Notes under the pieces: generated by a model
The model's input: only the letters and a program-made list of their open reading frames with translations
Databases searched by the model: none
What the model was told of the DNA's origin: nothing
In this document: piece by piece, positions 56,355 to 64,000 of the stretch
Position numbering within the stretch: position 1 is the stretch's first letter
Layout: each line of letters opens with the position of its first letter
Source of the DNA: Deltaproteobacteria bacterium
GTDB lineage: Bacteria > Myxococcota_A > UBA9160 > UBA4427
Assembly: GCA_019310385.1 (NCBI GenBank)
Contig: JAFDEK010000014.1
Span: forward strand, 833-64,832
Direction: 5' to 3'
DNA: 64,000 bases
Translations under genes and position numbers: made by a program

Positions 56355-57564
56355 CGAAGAGGACGTTCTCCCGCTCGACGCCCAGATCCGTGAGCATCTG
56401 GATCACGGCGTCGTTCATCATGGGCGGACCGCAGATGTAGTATTCGCAGTCCTCGGGAGCCCTGTGGTCCTTGAGGTAGTTGTCGTAGAGAACCTGGTGG
56501 ATGAAGCCCGTGAGACCCGTCCAGTTGTCCTCTTCGAGGGGCTCCGAGAGGGCGAGATGCCACTGGAAGTTCTCGAACTCGCTCTGGATCGAGTCGAAGT
56601 CTTCGATGTAGAAGGCCTCGCGCAGGGAGCGGGCGCCGTACCAGAAGCTCACCTTGCGCTGCGATGCGAGCCGCTTGAACTGGTCGAAGATGTGGGAGCG
56701 CATGGGCGCCATGCCCGCGCCGCCGCCGATGAAGATCATCTCGTTGTCGGTGGGCCGTGCGAAGAACTCGCCGAAGGGGCCCGAGATGGTCACCTTGTCG
56801 CCGGGCTTGAGGCCGAAGATGTAGGAGGACATCTTGCCGGGCGGAACGTCGGGCATGCGCGGGGGCGGCGAGGCGATGCGGACGTTGAGCATGATGACGT
56901 CCTTCTCGTCGGGATAGTTCGCCATGGAGTACGCGCGCAGAACCGTCTCGTCCACCTTGGAGACGTAGCGCCACACGTCGAACTTGTCCCAGTCCTCCCG
57001 GTACTCCTCCTCGACGTCGAAGCCCTTGTAGGAGACCTCGTGGGGCGGGCACTCGATCTGGATGTACCCGCCGGCCCGGAAGGGGACCTCCTCGCCCTCG
57101 GGCAGCTCGAGTACGAGCTCCTTGATGAAGGTGGCGACGTTGTGGTTGGAGCGGACGGTGCACTGCCACTTGCGGACGCTGAAGACCTCGGCGGGGATCT
57201 CGATCTTCATGTCCTGCTTGACCTTCACCTGGCAGGCGAGGCGGCAGCCTTCCCGGGCCTCACCGCGGCTGATGTGGGTCTCCTCGGTGGGAAGCAGCGC
57301 TCCGCCGCCATCGAGAACCTTCACCTCGCACACGCCGCAGGTGCCCTGTCCGCCGCAGGCGGAAGGGATGAAGATCTGGTTGTCCGCCAGGGTTCCGAGC
57401 AGGGTCCCCCCCGCCGCGGTCTTCAGGGAGTGCTCGGGGTCGTCGTTGATCACGATCTCGACGTCGCCGCTGGCCACCAGCTTCGACTTGGCGAATAGCA
57501 GCACCACCACCAGCGCCAGGATGACGACCGTGAATCCGATCACACCGAAGATTATTGTCCACAT
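56338..57564 (-). CDS. nqrF: Na+-translocating NADH:quinone reductase subunit F
   Basis: [17 protein letters not shown] [2Fe-2S], [28 protein letters not shown] end. Confidence 0.97.
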   Translation of the reverse strand: MWTIIFGVIGFTVVILALVVVLLFAKSKLVASGDVEIVINDDPEHSLKTAAGGTLLGTLADNQIFIPSACGGQGTCGVCEVKVLDGGGALLPTEETHISRGEAREGCRLACQVKVKQDMKIEIPAEVFSVRKWQCTVRSNHNVATFIKELVLELPEGEEVPFRAGGYIQIECPPHEVSYKGFDVEEEYREDWDKFDVWRYVSKVDETVLRAYSMANYPDEKDVIMLNVRIASPPPRMPDVPPGKMSSYIFGLKPGDKVTISGPFGEFFARPTDNEMIFIGGGAGMAPMRSHIFDQFKRLASQRKVSFWYGARSLREAFYIEDFDSIQSEFENFQWHLALSEPLEEDNWTGLTGFIHQVLYDNYLKDHRAPEDCEYYICGPPMMNDAVIQMLTDLGVERENVLFDDFGG

Positions 57565-57631
57565 TTTCGCGCCACCTCTTACCTGGTACCTGGATGCTGC
57601 CGCTCTTGCCTGGATGCTGTCGCGGGTCGTC

Positions 57632-58243
57632 TCAGAGCTGGATTCCCGAGAAGGCCATGAAGCCGATGGACATCAGTCCCACGATGATGAAGGTCACCCC
57701 GAGCCCGCGCAGGGCGGGCGGGACGTTGCTGTAGCGCAGCTTCTCGCGGATGGAGGCCAGCGCCACGATGGCGATGGCCCAGCCGATCCCCGACCCGACG
57801 CCGAAGACGGTCGCCTCGCCCAGGGTGTAATCGCGCTCCACCATGAAGAGCGAAGCGCCGAGGATGGCGCAGTTCACTGCGATCAGCGGCAGGAACACGC
57901 CCAGGGCGTTGTAGAGCCCCGGCGAGTAGCGGTCGAGGGCCATCTCCACGATCTGCACCATGGCCGCGATGGTCCCGATCAGGGTGAGGAAGCTCAGGAA
58001 GCTGAGATTCACGTCGCCGAGCCCCAGCCACGACAACGCCCCCTCTTCGAGGAGGACCTTGTTGAGGAACTGGTTCAGCGGACAGGTGACCGCCAGCACG
58101 AAGATGACGGCTCCGCCCAGACCGATCGCGGTCTCGACCTTCCTGGAAACGGCTAGGAACGAGCACATCCCCAGGAAGAAGGCCAGAGCCATGTTCTCAA
58201 CGAAGATTGCCTTCGTAGCCAGGCTCAAGAAGTGTTCCAACAC
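57632..58243 (-). CDS. nqrE: Na+-NQR subunit E
   Basis: [29 protein letters not shown]. Confidence 0.96.
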   Translation of the reverse strand: MLEHFLSLATKAIFVENMALAFFLGMCSFLAVSRKVETAIGLGGAVIFVLAVTCPLNQFLNKVLLEEGALSWLGLGDVNLSFLSFLTLIGTIAAMVQIVEMALDRYSPGLYNALGVFLPLIAVNCAILGASLFMVERDYTLGEATVFGVGSGIGWAIAIVALASIREKLRYSNVPPALRGLGVTFIIVGLMSIGFMAFSGIQL

Positions 58244-58868
58244 GGAATTCTTCCTCCACTTGCTCGGGTTTCCAGCTCCTCACGACCCAGATGAAGCAGC
58301 CGATCAGGAAGAAGGCTGCGGGGGCGAGGAGCATGAGTCCGTTGGGGACGTACCAGCCGCCCTGGTTGACGGGCTGGAGGATCGTGTAGCCGAAGAGCGA
58401 TCCGCTGCCGAAGAGCTCGCGCACGAAGGCCACAGCCATGAGCACGATGCCGTATCCGGCGCCGTTGCCGAGACCGTCGATGAGGCTCAGCTTGGGGTCG
58501 TTCTGCATCGCGAAGGCCTCGGCGCGGCCCATGATGATGCAGTTGGTGATGATGAGCCCGACGAAGACCGAGAGCTGCCGGCTGATGTCGAAGACGAAGG
58601 CCTTCAGGACCTGGTCCGTCACGATCACCAGGGAGGCGATGATGGTGAGCTGCACGATGATGCGAATGCTGGAAGGAACCATGTTGCGGATGAAGCTCAC
58701 CGCGACGTTGGCGCCGACCGTCACCGCGATCACGGCAAAGCTCATGACCAGCGCGACCTCCATCTTCGTCGTCACCGCCAGGGCCGAGCAGATGCCGAGC
58801 ACCTGCAGGCTGATGGGGTTGTTGTTGAAGAGGGGATCGATGAGCGTCTCACGCTCGATGCTTGCCAT
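58197..58868 (-). CDS. nqrD: Na+-NQR subunit D
   Basis: [31 protein letters not shown]; 3' end overlaps the nqrE start by 47 bp. Confidence 0.96.
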   Translation of the reverse strand: MASIERETLIDPLFNNNPISLQVLGICSALAVTTKMEVALVMSFAVIAVTVGANVAVSFIRNMVPSSIRIIVQLTIIASLVIVTDQVLKAFVFDISRQLSVFVGLIITNCIIMGRAEAFAMQNDPKLSLIDGLGNGAGYGIVLMAVAFVRELFGSGSLFGYTILQPVNQGGWYVPNGLMLLAPAAFFLIGCFIWVVRSWKPEQVEEEFRVGTLLEPGYEGNLR

Positions 58869-58907
58869 GGGGTTTCCTCTCTCTTCTCTCTCTGGTGTCT
58901 CGGGTGC

Positions 58908-59693
58908 TCAGAGGGTCCCGCTGCTGCGGATGCCGGCGAGGTAGGGGCCGAATGCGTCGTTGCCGAGCCAGAAGCGAAGCAGGTTGGTCACGCCGCGGCT
59001 CGTGAGGGTCGCGCCCGCGAGACCGTCCACGTTGTAGGGGTCGCTCGCGATGGGGCCCGCCGCGCCCTTCTTGACCGCGATGCGGGGCTTCCAGCGCTCG
59101 TCGAAGGCCAGGCGGCCGGGCCACAGGGCCTTCCAGCGCGGGTTGTCGACCTCGCCACCGAGCCCGGCCGTCTCGCCGTGCTCGTAGAAGGTGATGCCCT
59201 TGATGGTGCGGGTGTCGGGCGCCAGGGCGATGTAGCCGTAGAGGGTGGACCAGAGGCCCTTGCCCTCGACCGGGAGGATGATGGCCTCGACCTCTTCGCC
59301 GGGCTGTTGCACCAGGTAGACGAGACCGTAGTCGGGTACCCGCATGACCCGGGCTCCGTTCTTGGGTGCCGGCTTGCTGCGCGCCGGATCGGAGGCGGCC
59401 TTGCGCTGGTCGTAGCTGCCCGCGTCGACCGCGGTGTCCGCGTAGCTCCCGCTCGCGATCTCCACCACTCGCGGCTTGATGCTCTCCGCGAAGATGCGTC
59501 CGATCTCCTCGGCGGGGAGGCTCTGTCCCTCCTGCATGAGTCCCGCCACGGTGAGGACCTTCGACTGGCGGTCCAGCAGGATGTTGGCGTCCTGGCGGTC
59601 CTTGAGCAGCACTGCCGAGCTCGCAACGAAGACCGAGCACACGAGACAGACCGCCACCGCGAATCCGATGATGTAGCCCGTACTATGCTGCAT
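58908..59693 (-). CDS. nqrC: Na+-NQR subunit C
   Basis: CLVCS, GKGLWS..YG, HGETAGLGGE, VDGLAGATLT FMN site. Confidence 0.95.
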   Translation of the reverse strand: MQHSTGYIIGFAVAVCLVCSVFVASSAVLLKDRQDANILLDRQSKVLTVAGLMQEGQSLPAEEIGRIFAESIKPRVVEIASGSYADTAVDAGSYDQRKAASDPARSKPAPKNGARVMRVPDYGLVYLVQQPGEEVEAIILPVEGKGLWSTLYGYIALAPDTRTIKGITFYEHGETAGLGGEVDNPRWKALWPGRLAFDERWKPRIAVKKGAAGPIASDPYNVDGLAGATLTSRGVTNLLRFWLGNDAFGPYLAGIRSSGTL

Positions 59694-60906
59694 AACGGGC
59701 GGCCCTCCGCTTGATGTTCCCCTGAACGATGAAGTGGTCGATGAGCGGCGCGAACATGTTCATGAACAGGATCGCGAGCATCATCCCCTCCGGATAGGCG
59801 GGGTTCACGACCCGGACCAGCACACAGAGGACGCCGATCCCGAAGCCGTAGAAGAGCTTGCCGCGGTCGGTGAAGGCCGAGGACACCGGATCCGTGGCCA
59901 TGAAGACTGTGCCGAGGGCCCAGCCGCCCAGCACCATGTGCCAGTGGAAGGGGATCGCGAACATGGGGTTCGTCTCGGAGCCCACCATGTTGAGGAAGGT
60001 GGCCATGACGAAGGTGCCCAGGGCAACGCCCAGCATGGTGCGCAGGGACGCCACGCGGGTCGAGATCAGGAGCGCGGCGCCCAGCAGGCAGGCCAGAGCC
60101 GAAGTCTCCCCCATGGATCCCGGAATGAAGCCGAGGAAGGCGTCCCACCAGCTATGGGCCTCGAGGGCGCCGGGCGTCGAGGCCGCCTGGGAGAGCCAGG
60201 TGGCGCTGGTGAAGGAATCGACGCCGCTGGTGATGGCCGCGATCCAGGGCTCGTCACCGCTGATCTGGGCGGGGTAGGCGAAGAAGAGGAAGGCTCGCGC
60301 CACCAGGGCCGGGTTGAGGAAGTTCATCCCCGTGCCGCCGAAGACCTCCTTGCCGAAGATCAGTCCGAAGGCCATCCCCATGCCGACCTGCCACAGGGGG
60401 ATGGTGGCGGGCAGGGTGAGGGGCAGCAGCATGCCCGTCACCAGGAAGCCCTCGTTGACCTCGTGGCCCCGGATGATGGCGCCGCCGATCTCGACGGCCC
60501 CACCTACCACGAAGGTCACGATGAGGACGGGCAGGTAGTAGAGGGCTCCGAAGGCGATGCAGAGGAGCGGGTTCGCGAAGTCGAAGGACAGGCCCACGCC
60601 GGCCCAGATGGCCATGCGCCAGTCTTCCAGCGGGATCGCGCCGCTCGCGATGGCGAGCTGGGCCTGGTAGCCCGTGTTGTACATGGAGAAGAGGATGCAG
60701 GGCACGAGCGCGATCACCACGGTGATCATCATGCGCTTGAGGTCGATGCCGTCGCGCACGTGGGAGGCCGTCTTGGTGACGTCGCCCGGCGTGAACATGA
60801 CCGTGTCGTGCACTTCCCAGATGGGATAGAGCTTCTCGAGCTTGCCTCCCTTCTCGAAGAGGGGTGCGACCTTGTCGTGTGCGTCGCGGAGCAGCTTGAA
60901 CTCCAT
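59683..60906 (-). CDS. nqrB: Na+-NQR subunit B
   Basis: HVRDGIDLKRMM, KEVFGGTG.NFLNPAL, GSMGETS, FMATDPVS, YPEGMMLAIL. Confidence 0.96.
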   Translation of the reverse strand: MEFKLLRDAHDKVAPLFEKGGKLEKLYPIWEVHDTVMFTPGDVTKTASHVRDGIDLKRMMITVVIALVPCILFSMYNTGYQAQLAIASGAIPLEDWRMAIWAGVGLSFDFANPLLCIAFGALYYLPVLIVTFVVGGAVEIGGAIIRGHEVNEGFLVTGMLLPLTLPATIPLWQVGMGMAFGLIFGKEVFGGTGMNFLNPALVARAFLFFAYPAQISGDEPWIAAITSGVDSFTSATWLSQAASTPGALEAHSWWDAFLGFIPGSMGETSALACLLGAALLISTRVASLRTMLGVALGTFVMATFLNMVGSETNPMFAIPFHWHMVLGGWALGTVFMATDPVSSAFTDRGKLFYGFGIGVLCVLVRVVNPAYPEGMMLAILFMNMFAPLIDHFIVQGNIKRRAARYAA

Positions 60907-62282
60907 CAGCCTTCCTTCTCGATCATCTCGAGGTTTCTGCGCAGAACGGGCCCGAAGTCGGTCTTGCCGGGATCCACGAAGGTGCACAGGGCGAGGTCTT
61001 CTTCGTCGAGCTCGAGGGCCCCCAACTCTTCCGCGCGTTCGATGTCACCCACGAGCAGGGAGCGAAGCAGGAAGGTGGGGAGGATGTCCAGGGGCATGAT
61101 GCGCTCGTACATGCCGATGGGGACCATGGCCCGGGGCGAGCCGTTGGTGGCGGTCGTGAAGTCGAAGCGTTTGCCGCCGAGCAGGCGCGAGAGATAGATG
61201 GGGATGGTGGAGAACTTGTTCATGCCCGGATCGAGCCAGCCCATGAACTCGCGCTCGCGCCCCTCGCGGATGACGCTGATCTGCAGGTCGTAGCGGCCCA
61301 TGAACTCGAAGGCGCTCCCCATGGCCTTCTTGCCCGAGAGCACCGAGCCAGCGATCACCCGGGCCTCGGCGGAGAAGCTGTTCCCGGTGATCTCGTCCAC
61401 GCAGGCGCCGACCCGGGTGCGCAGCAGGCGCGGATCCTCGACGAGAGGGCCCGCGACCGAAATGACCCGGTTCACGTCGAGCTTCCCGGTCGCGAAGAGC
61501 TTGCCCGCGGACACTACATCCTGATAACCGATGTGCCAGACGGTCTTCGCACGGCTCACGGGCTCGACGAGGTGGATGTGCAGGCCGGTGGTGCCGGCCG
61601 GGTGCGGGCCCGTGAAGCGCTCCAGCGTCACCGGTGCGTCGACCCAGTCGTCGATGGCCGAGTGAGGGTCGATGCAGAGGTAGGTGTTGCCTTCGGTGAG
61701 CTTCGAGAGAAGCGCGAGGCCCCGGTTGAAGCTCTCTTCTTCACCGGCCAGCACGACCTCGGGCAGGGGCGCGAGGGGATTGCTGTCCATGGCGTTGACG
61801 AAGATCGCCGCCGGCGCGGTGTCGGTCGCGGGCACCTTGCTGAAGGGGCGCGTGCGCAGGGCCGTCCACAGGCCCGACTCGACGAGCAGGGCGACGACGT
61901 CTTCTCGGCCCAGGGACGCCGGATCTGCGGCCTTGTAGCTCTCGAAGGCCATGAACTCCGAGTCGTCCGGCGTGCCGGCCCGCTCGCTGTTCGAGAGATC
62001 GATCACCACCGACTGCAGCACGCGCCGCGCGCCGCGGTAGATGCCGATGACGCGTCCGGCTCCCGGCGCCGTATGGATCACGCCCGCGGCCTTGCGGTCC
62101 TCGAGGAGGGGCTGACCGCGTTTTACGGTCTCGCCCTCTTCGACGAGCATGCCCGGCTTCAGGCCCGGGAAGTCGTCGGCCATCACCGCAACGCGGGTTG
62201 GCAGGACGGACTCTCGAATAATCTGGATCGGCTGACCCGAAATAGGCAGGTCGAGCCCCTTGGCGATCTTGTGCACTACCAT
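60906..62282 (-). CDS. nqrA: Na+-NQR subunit A
   Basis: KGLDLPISG.P, RTRPFSKVP, GPHPAG, LELDEEDLALCTFVDPGK. Confidence 0.96.
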   Translation of the reverse strand: MVVHKIAKGLDLPISGQPIQIIRESVLPTRVAVMADDFPGLKPGMLVEEGETVKRGQPLLEDRKAAGVIHTAPGAGRVIGIYRGARRVLQSVVIDLSNSERAGTPDDSEFMAFESYKAADPASLGREDVVALLVESGLWTALRTRPFSKVPATDTAPAAIFVNAMDSNPLAPLPEVVLAGEEESFNRGLALLSKLTEGNTYLCIDPHSAIDDWVDAPVTLERFTGPHPAGTTGLHIHLVEPVSRAKTVWHIGYQDVVSAGKLFATGKLDVNRVISVAGPLVEDPRLLRTRVGACVDEITGNSFSAEARVIAGSVLSGKKAMGSAFEFMGRYDLQISVIREGREREFMGWLDPGMNKFSTIPIYLSRLLGGKRFDFTTATNGSPRAMVPIGMYERIMPLDILPTFLLRSLLVGDIERAEELGALELDEEDLALCTFVDPGKTDFGPVLRRNLEMIEKEG

Positions 62283-62605
62283 CGCTGTTCGTCCATCGGC
62301 GTTCGTCGCTTCTCCGATTCCACGGACCGAAGGCCCGCCCGCGCGTTGGCCGCTGCGCGGCCGTTGCTTCCGAATTGCGTGGTGCCCCGAGCCTCGAGTC
62401 ACCCTCCACTGCCGGCGGACCGCGAAGATCTCGCACGGTGGGTCACTGGTGTCGGGAGGCTCTGCGCCGGGCGCTCGAGATCGCGTTCCTGCGACCTGCT
62501 TGCTCTCGGAAGCGACTGAGCGTCGCAGAGATTAGAACAAACCGCCGCGCTTACAATGGACCTCGGGGTCCAATTTCGAACTTCGAAGCGCTTTCTGGGA
62601 TCCTC

Positions 62606-62620
62606 TGGCACGCTGCATGC
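62606..62620 (+). promoter_or_regulatory. Candidate sigma54 (-24/-12) promoter
   Basis: TGGCACGCTGCATGC versus consensus TGGCACGNNNNTTGC. Confidence 0.5.
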
Positions 62621-62947
62621 GAATCGGAGTGTGGCCAAAAAAACGCACCCAATTGAGCAGGAAGTCGAACAGGAGTGGTCTGGCTCACAGGGCGCACTCC
62701 CGGAAGCGCCGAAGCAGCAGTCGAGGAGGCTCTCGCCCGCCCGCAGGTAGCTGAAATTCGGTGGGATTTCGCACTTCTCGCCTTGCCCATCCCGTCCGCG
62801 TCCGCGTAGAATGTAGCTAGCGAGACCGGCAGGTGAATGGCCCGGCGCCAGCATTCACCTGGCTCGAGGGTCTTGGTGGCGTCGATGCGTCCACGGGCTT
62901 CCCCGCGAGGGGTGCTCGAACGAGACTCTGCCAAGAGGTGCCCGACC

Positions 62948-63445
62948 ATGACCCAAGCGCATCGCATTCCCACCGCCCGAGAGATCATGACCAGAGATCT
63001 GGTCACGCTCGGCACCGAAACCTGCATCTTCGAAGCCATCGGTGTTCTGCTCAAGAACAAGATTTCCGGAGCGCCGGTCGTGGATGTCTACGGCCAGCTG
63101 GTGGGAATGCTCTCGGAGGCCGACTGCCTCCGGGTGCTCGCGTCGGGCGATTTCCATAGCGAGAACCTCCACGACACGGGTACGGTGCGGGATTACATGA
63201 CCCAGGCCGAGCGCATCGTGGGGCCCGAGGTCGACATCTACGCCCTGGCGCACCACTTCCTGCGCTGCCAGGTTCGGCGCTTCCCGGTGGTGGACGCTGG
63301 CCGTCTGGTGGGTCAGGTGAGCCGCCGGGACGTGCTGCGGGGGATCGAGACCATGCGCCAGCACCGCGCGCCCCGAAAGCACTACCCCGACTATCGGGAG
63401 CCCTCTAGAGCACCATTCCCAGTGGATTCTCGATACGGCGTTTGA
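62948..63445 (+). CDS. CBS-domain pair protein
   Basis: AREIMT, ISGAPVVD..LVGMLSEADCL, RRFPVVD.GRLVGQVSRRDVL; TTGCCC-N18-TAGAAT upstream. Confidence 0.9.
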   Translation: MTQAHRIPTAREIMTRDLVTLGTETCIFEAIGVLLKNKISGAPVVDVYGQLVGMLSEADCLRVLASGDFHSENLHDTGTVRDYMTQAERIVGPEVDIYALAHHFLRCQVRRFPVVDAGRLVGQVSRRDVLRGIETMRQHRAPRKHYPDYREPSRAPFPVDSRYGV

Positions 63446-64000
63446 TTTCTGACAAGAGGCGAGCTCCGACGGCCCCGTCCACGACCCGATGGTCGGCGGA
63501 CAGGGTGCAGGTCATCATCGTTGCGACGGCGAGCTCGCCGTCCACGACGGCCGGCCGCGCCTCGCCGGCCCCCACGCCGAGGATGCAGCTCTGTGGCGGG
63601 TTCACGATGGCGTAGACGCCGTCGACGCCGTACATGCCCAGATTCGACACGCTGAAGGTCCCTCCCTGGTACTCCGGGGGCAGGAGCTTGCCGGTGCGGG
63701 CCCGCTCGGCGAGGTCGCGGATCTCGCGGGACAGGACGGCGAGCCCCTTGCGATCGGCGCTGCGCACTACCGGCGTGACGAGTCCGCCCTCGGTCGCCAC
63801 CGCGATGGCGATGTCCGAGCGCTCGTAGCAGATGAGCGCGTCCTCTCCCCAGGAGGCGTTGGCCTCGGGCACCTCTTGTAGCGCGAGCGCGCAGGCGCGT
63901 ACCACGAAGTCGTTGACGGAGAGCCGCTGCTCGTGCGCAGCGGCCTCGTTCAGCTCAGTCCGCAGCTCGAGGAGGGCGTCGATGCGGCACTCGCTGCGCA
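63405..64000 (-). CDS. Dihydrolipoamide acetyltransferase (E2, PdhC/AcoC-like), 3' part only
   Basis: SVNDFVVRA, YQGGTFSVSNLGM, AIVNPPQ, catalytic ADHRVVDGA; runs off the window. Confidence 0.93.
   Translation of the reverse strand, partial: RSECRIDALLELRTELNEAAAHEQRLSVNDFVVRACALALQEVPEANASWGEDALICYERSDIAIAVATEGGLVTPVVRSADRKGLAVLSREIRDLAERARTGKLLPPEYQGGTFSVSNLGMYGVDGVYAIVNPPQSCILGVGAGEARPAVVDGELAVATMMTCTLSADHRVVDGAVGARLLSEIKRRIENPLGMVL

Noticed and set aside
54975-62282. nqr operon as a novel system
   Set aside because: Canonical nqrABCDEF-apbE-nqrM order and motifs; well described.
63405-63445. 41-bp convergent overlap of the CBS and E2 genes
   Set aside because: Most simply a lost stop with short read-through; common in high-GC genomes.

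Overview
High-GC (about 70% by eye) chromosomal window with no rRNA, tRNA, CRISPR array, transposase or integrase visible. Gene content suggests a probably marine Myxococcota-like/deltaproteobacterial organism (inference from a DUF4215-type Cys-rich surface protein, GT-C membrane glycosyltransferases, Na+-NQR and a deltaproteobacterial-type Fur box). About 55 CDS: cell-envelope glycosylation genes, signalling genes (two histidine kinases, a CheY-like regulator, an MshEN-like/CheX fusion, PilZ), a TetR-RND efflux unit, two ankyrin lipoproteins, RecD2, an acyl-CoA synthetase, a tungsten-type aldehyde:ferredoxin oxidoreductase with a MoaD-like protein, and a complete nqrABCDEF-apbE-nqrM operon. 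The best candidate for an uncharacterised system is a Fur-box-controlled four-gene operon (51.3-55.0 kb): porin, exported FMN-binding protein, His-bearing membrane protein and a divergent ApbE. It sits tail-to-tail with nqr and looks like a flavinylation-based reductive iron-uptake module. Other oddities: a recurring TCAA(G/T)-N15-16-GCCGAT promoter-like motif before signalling genes, probably inactive NucS-like and ExeA-like enzymes, three unannotated gene relics, and many short tandem duplications at gene termini. All family calls come from reading motifs by eye; no searches were run.
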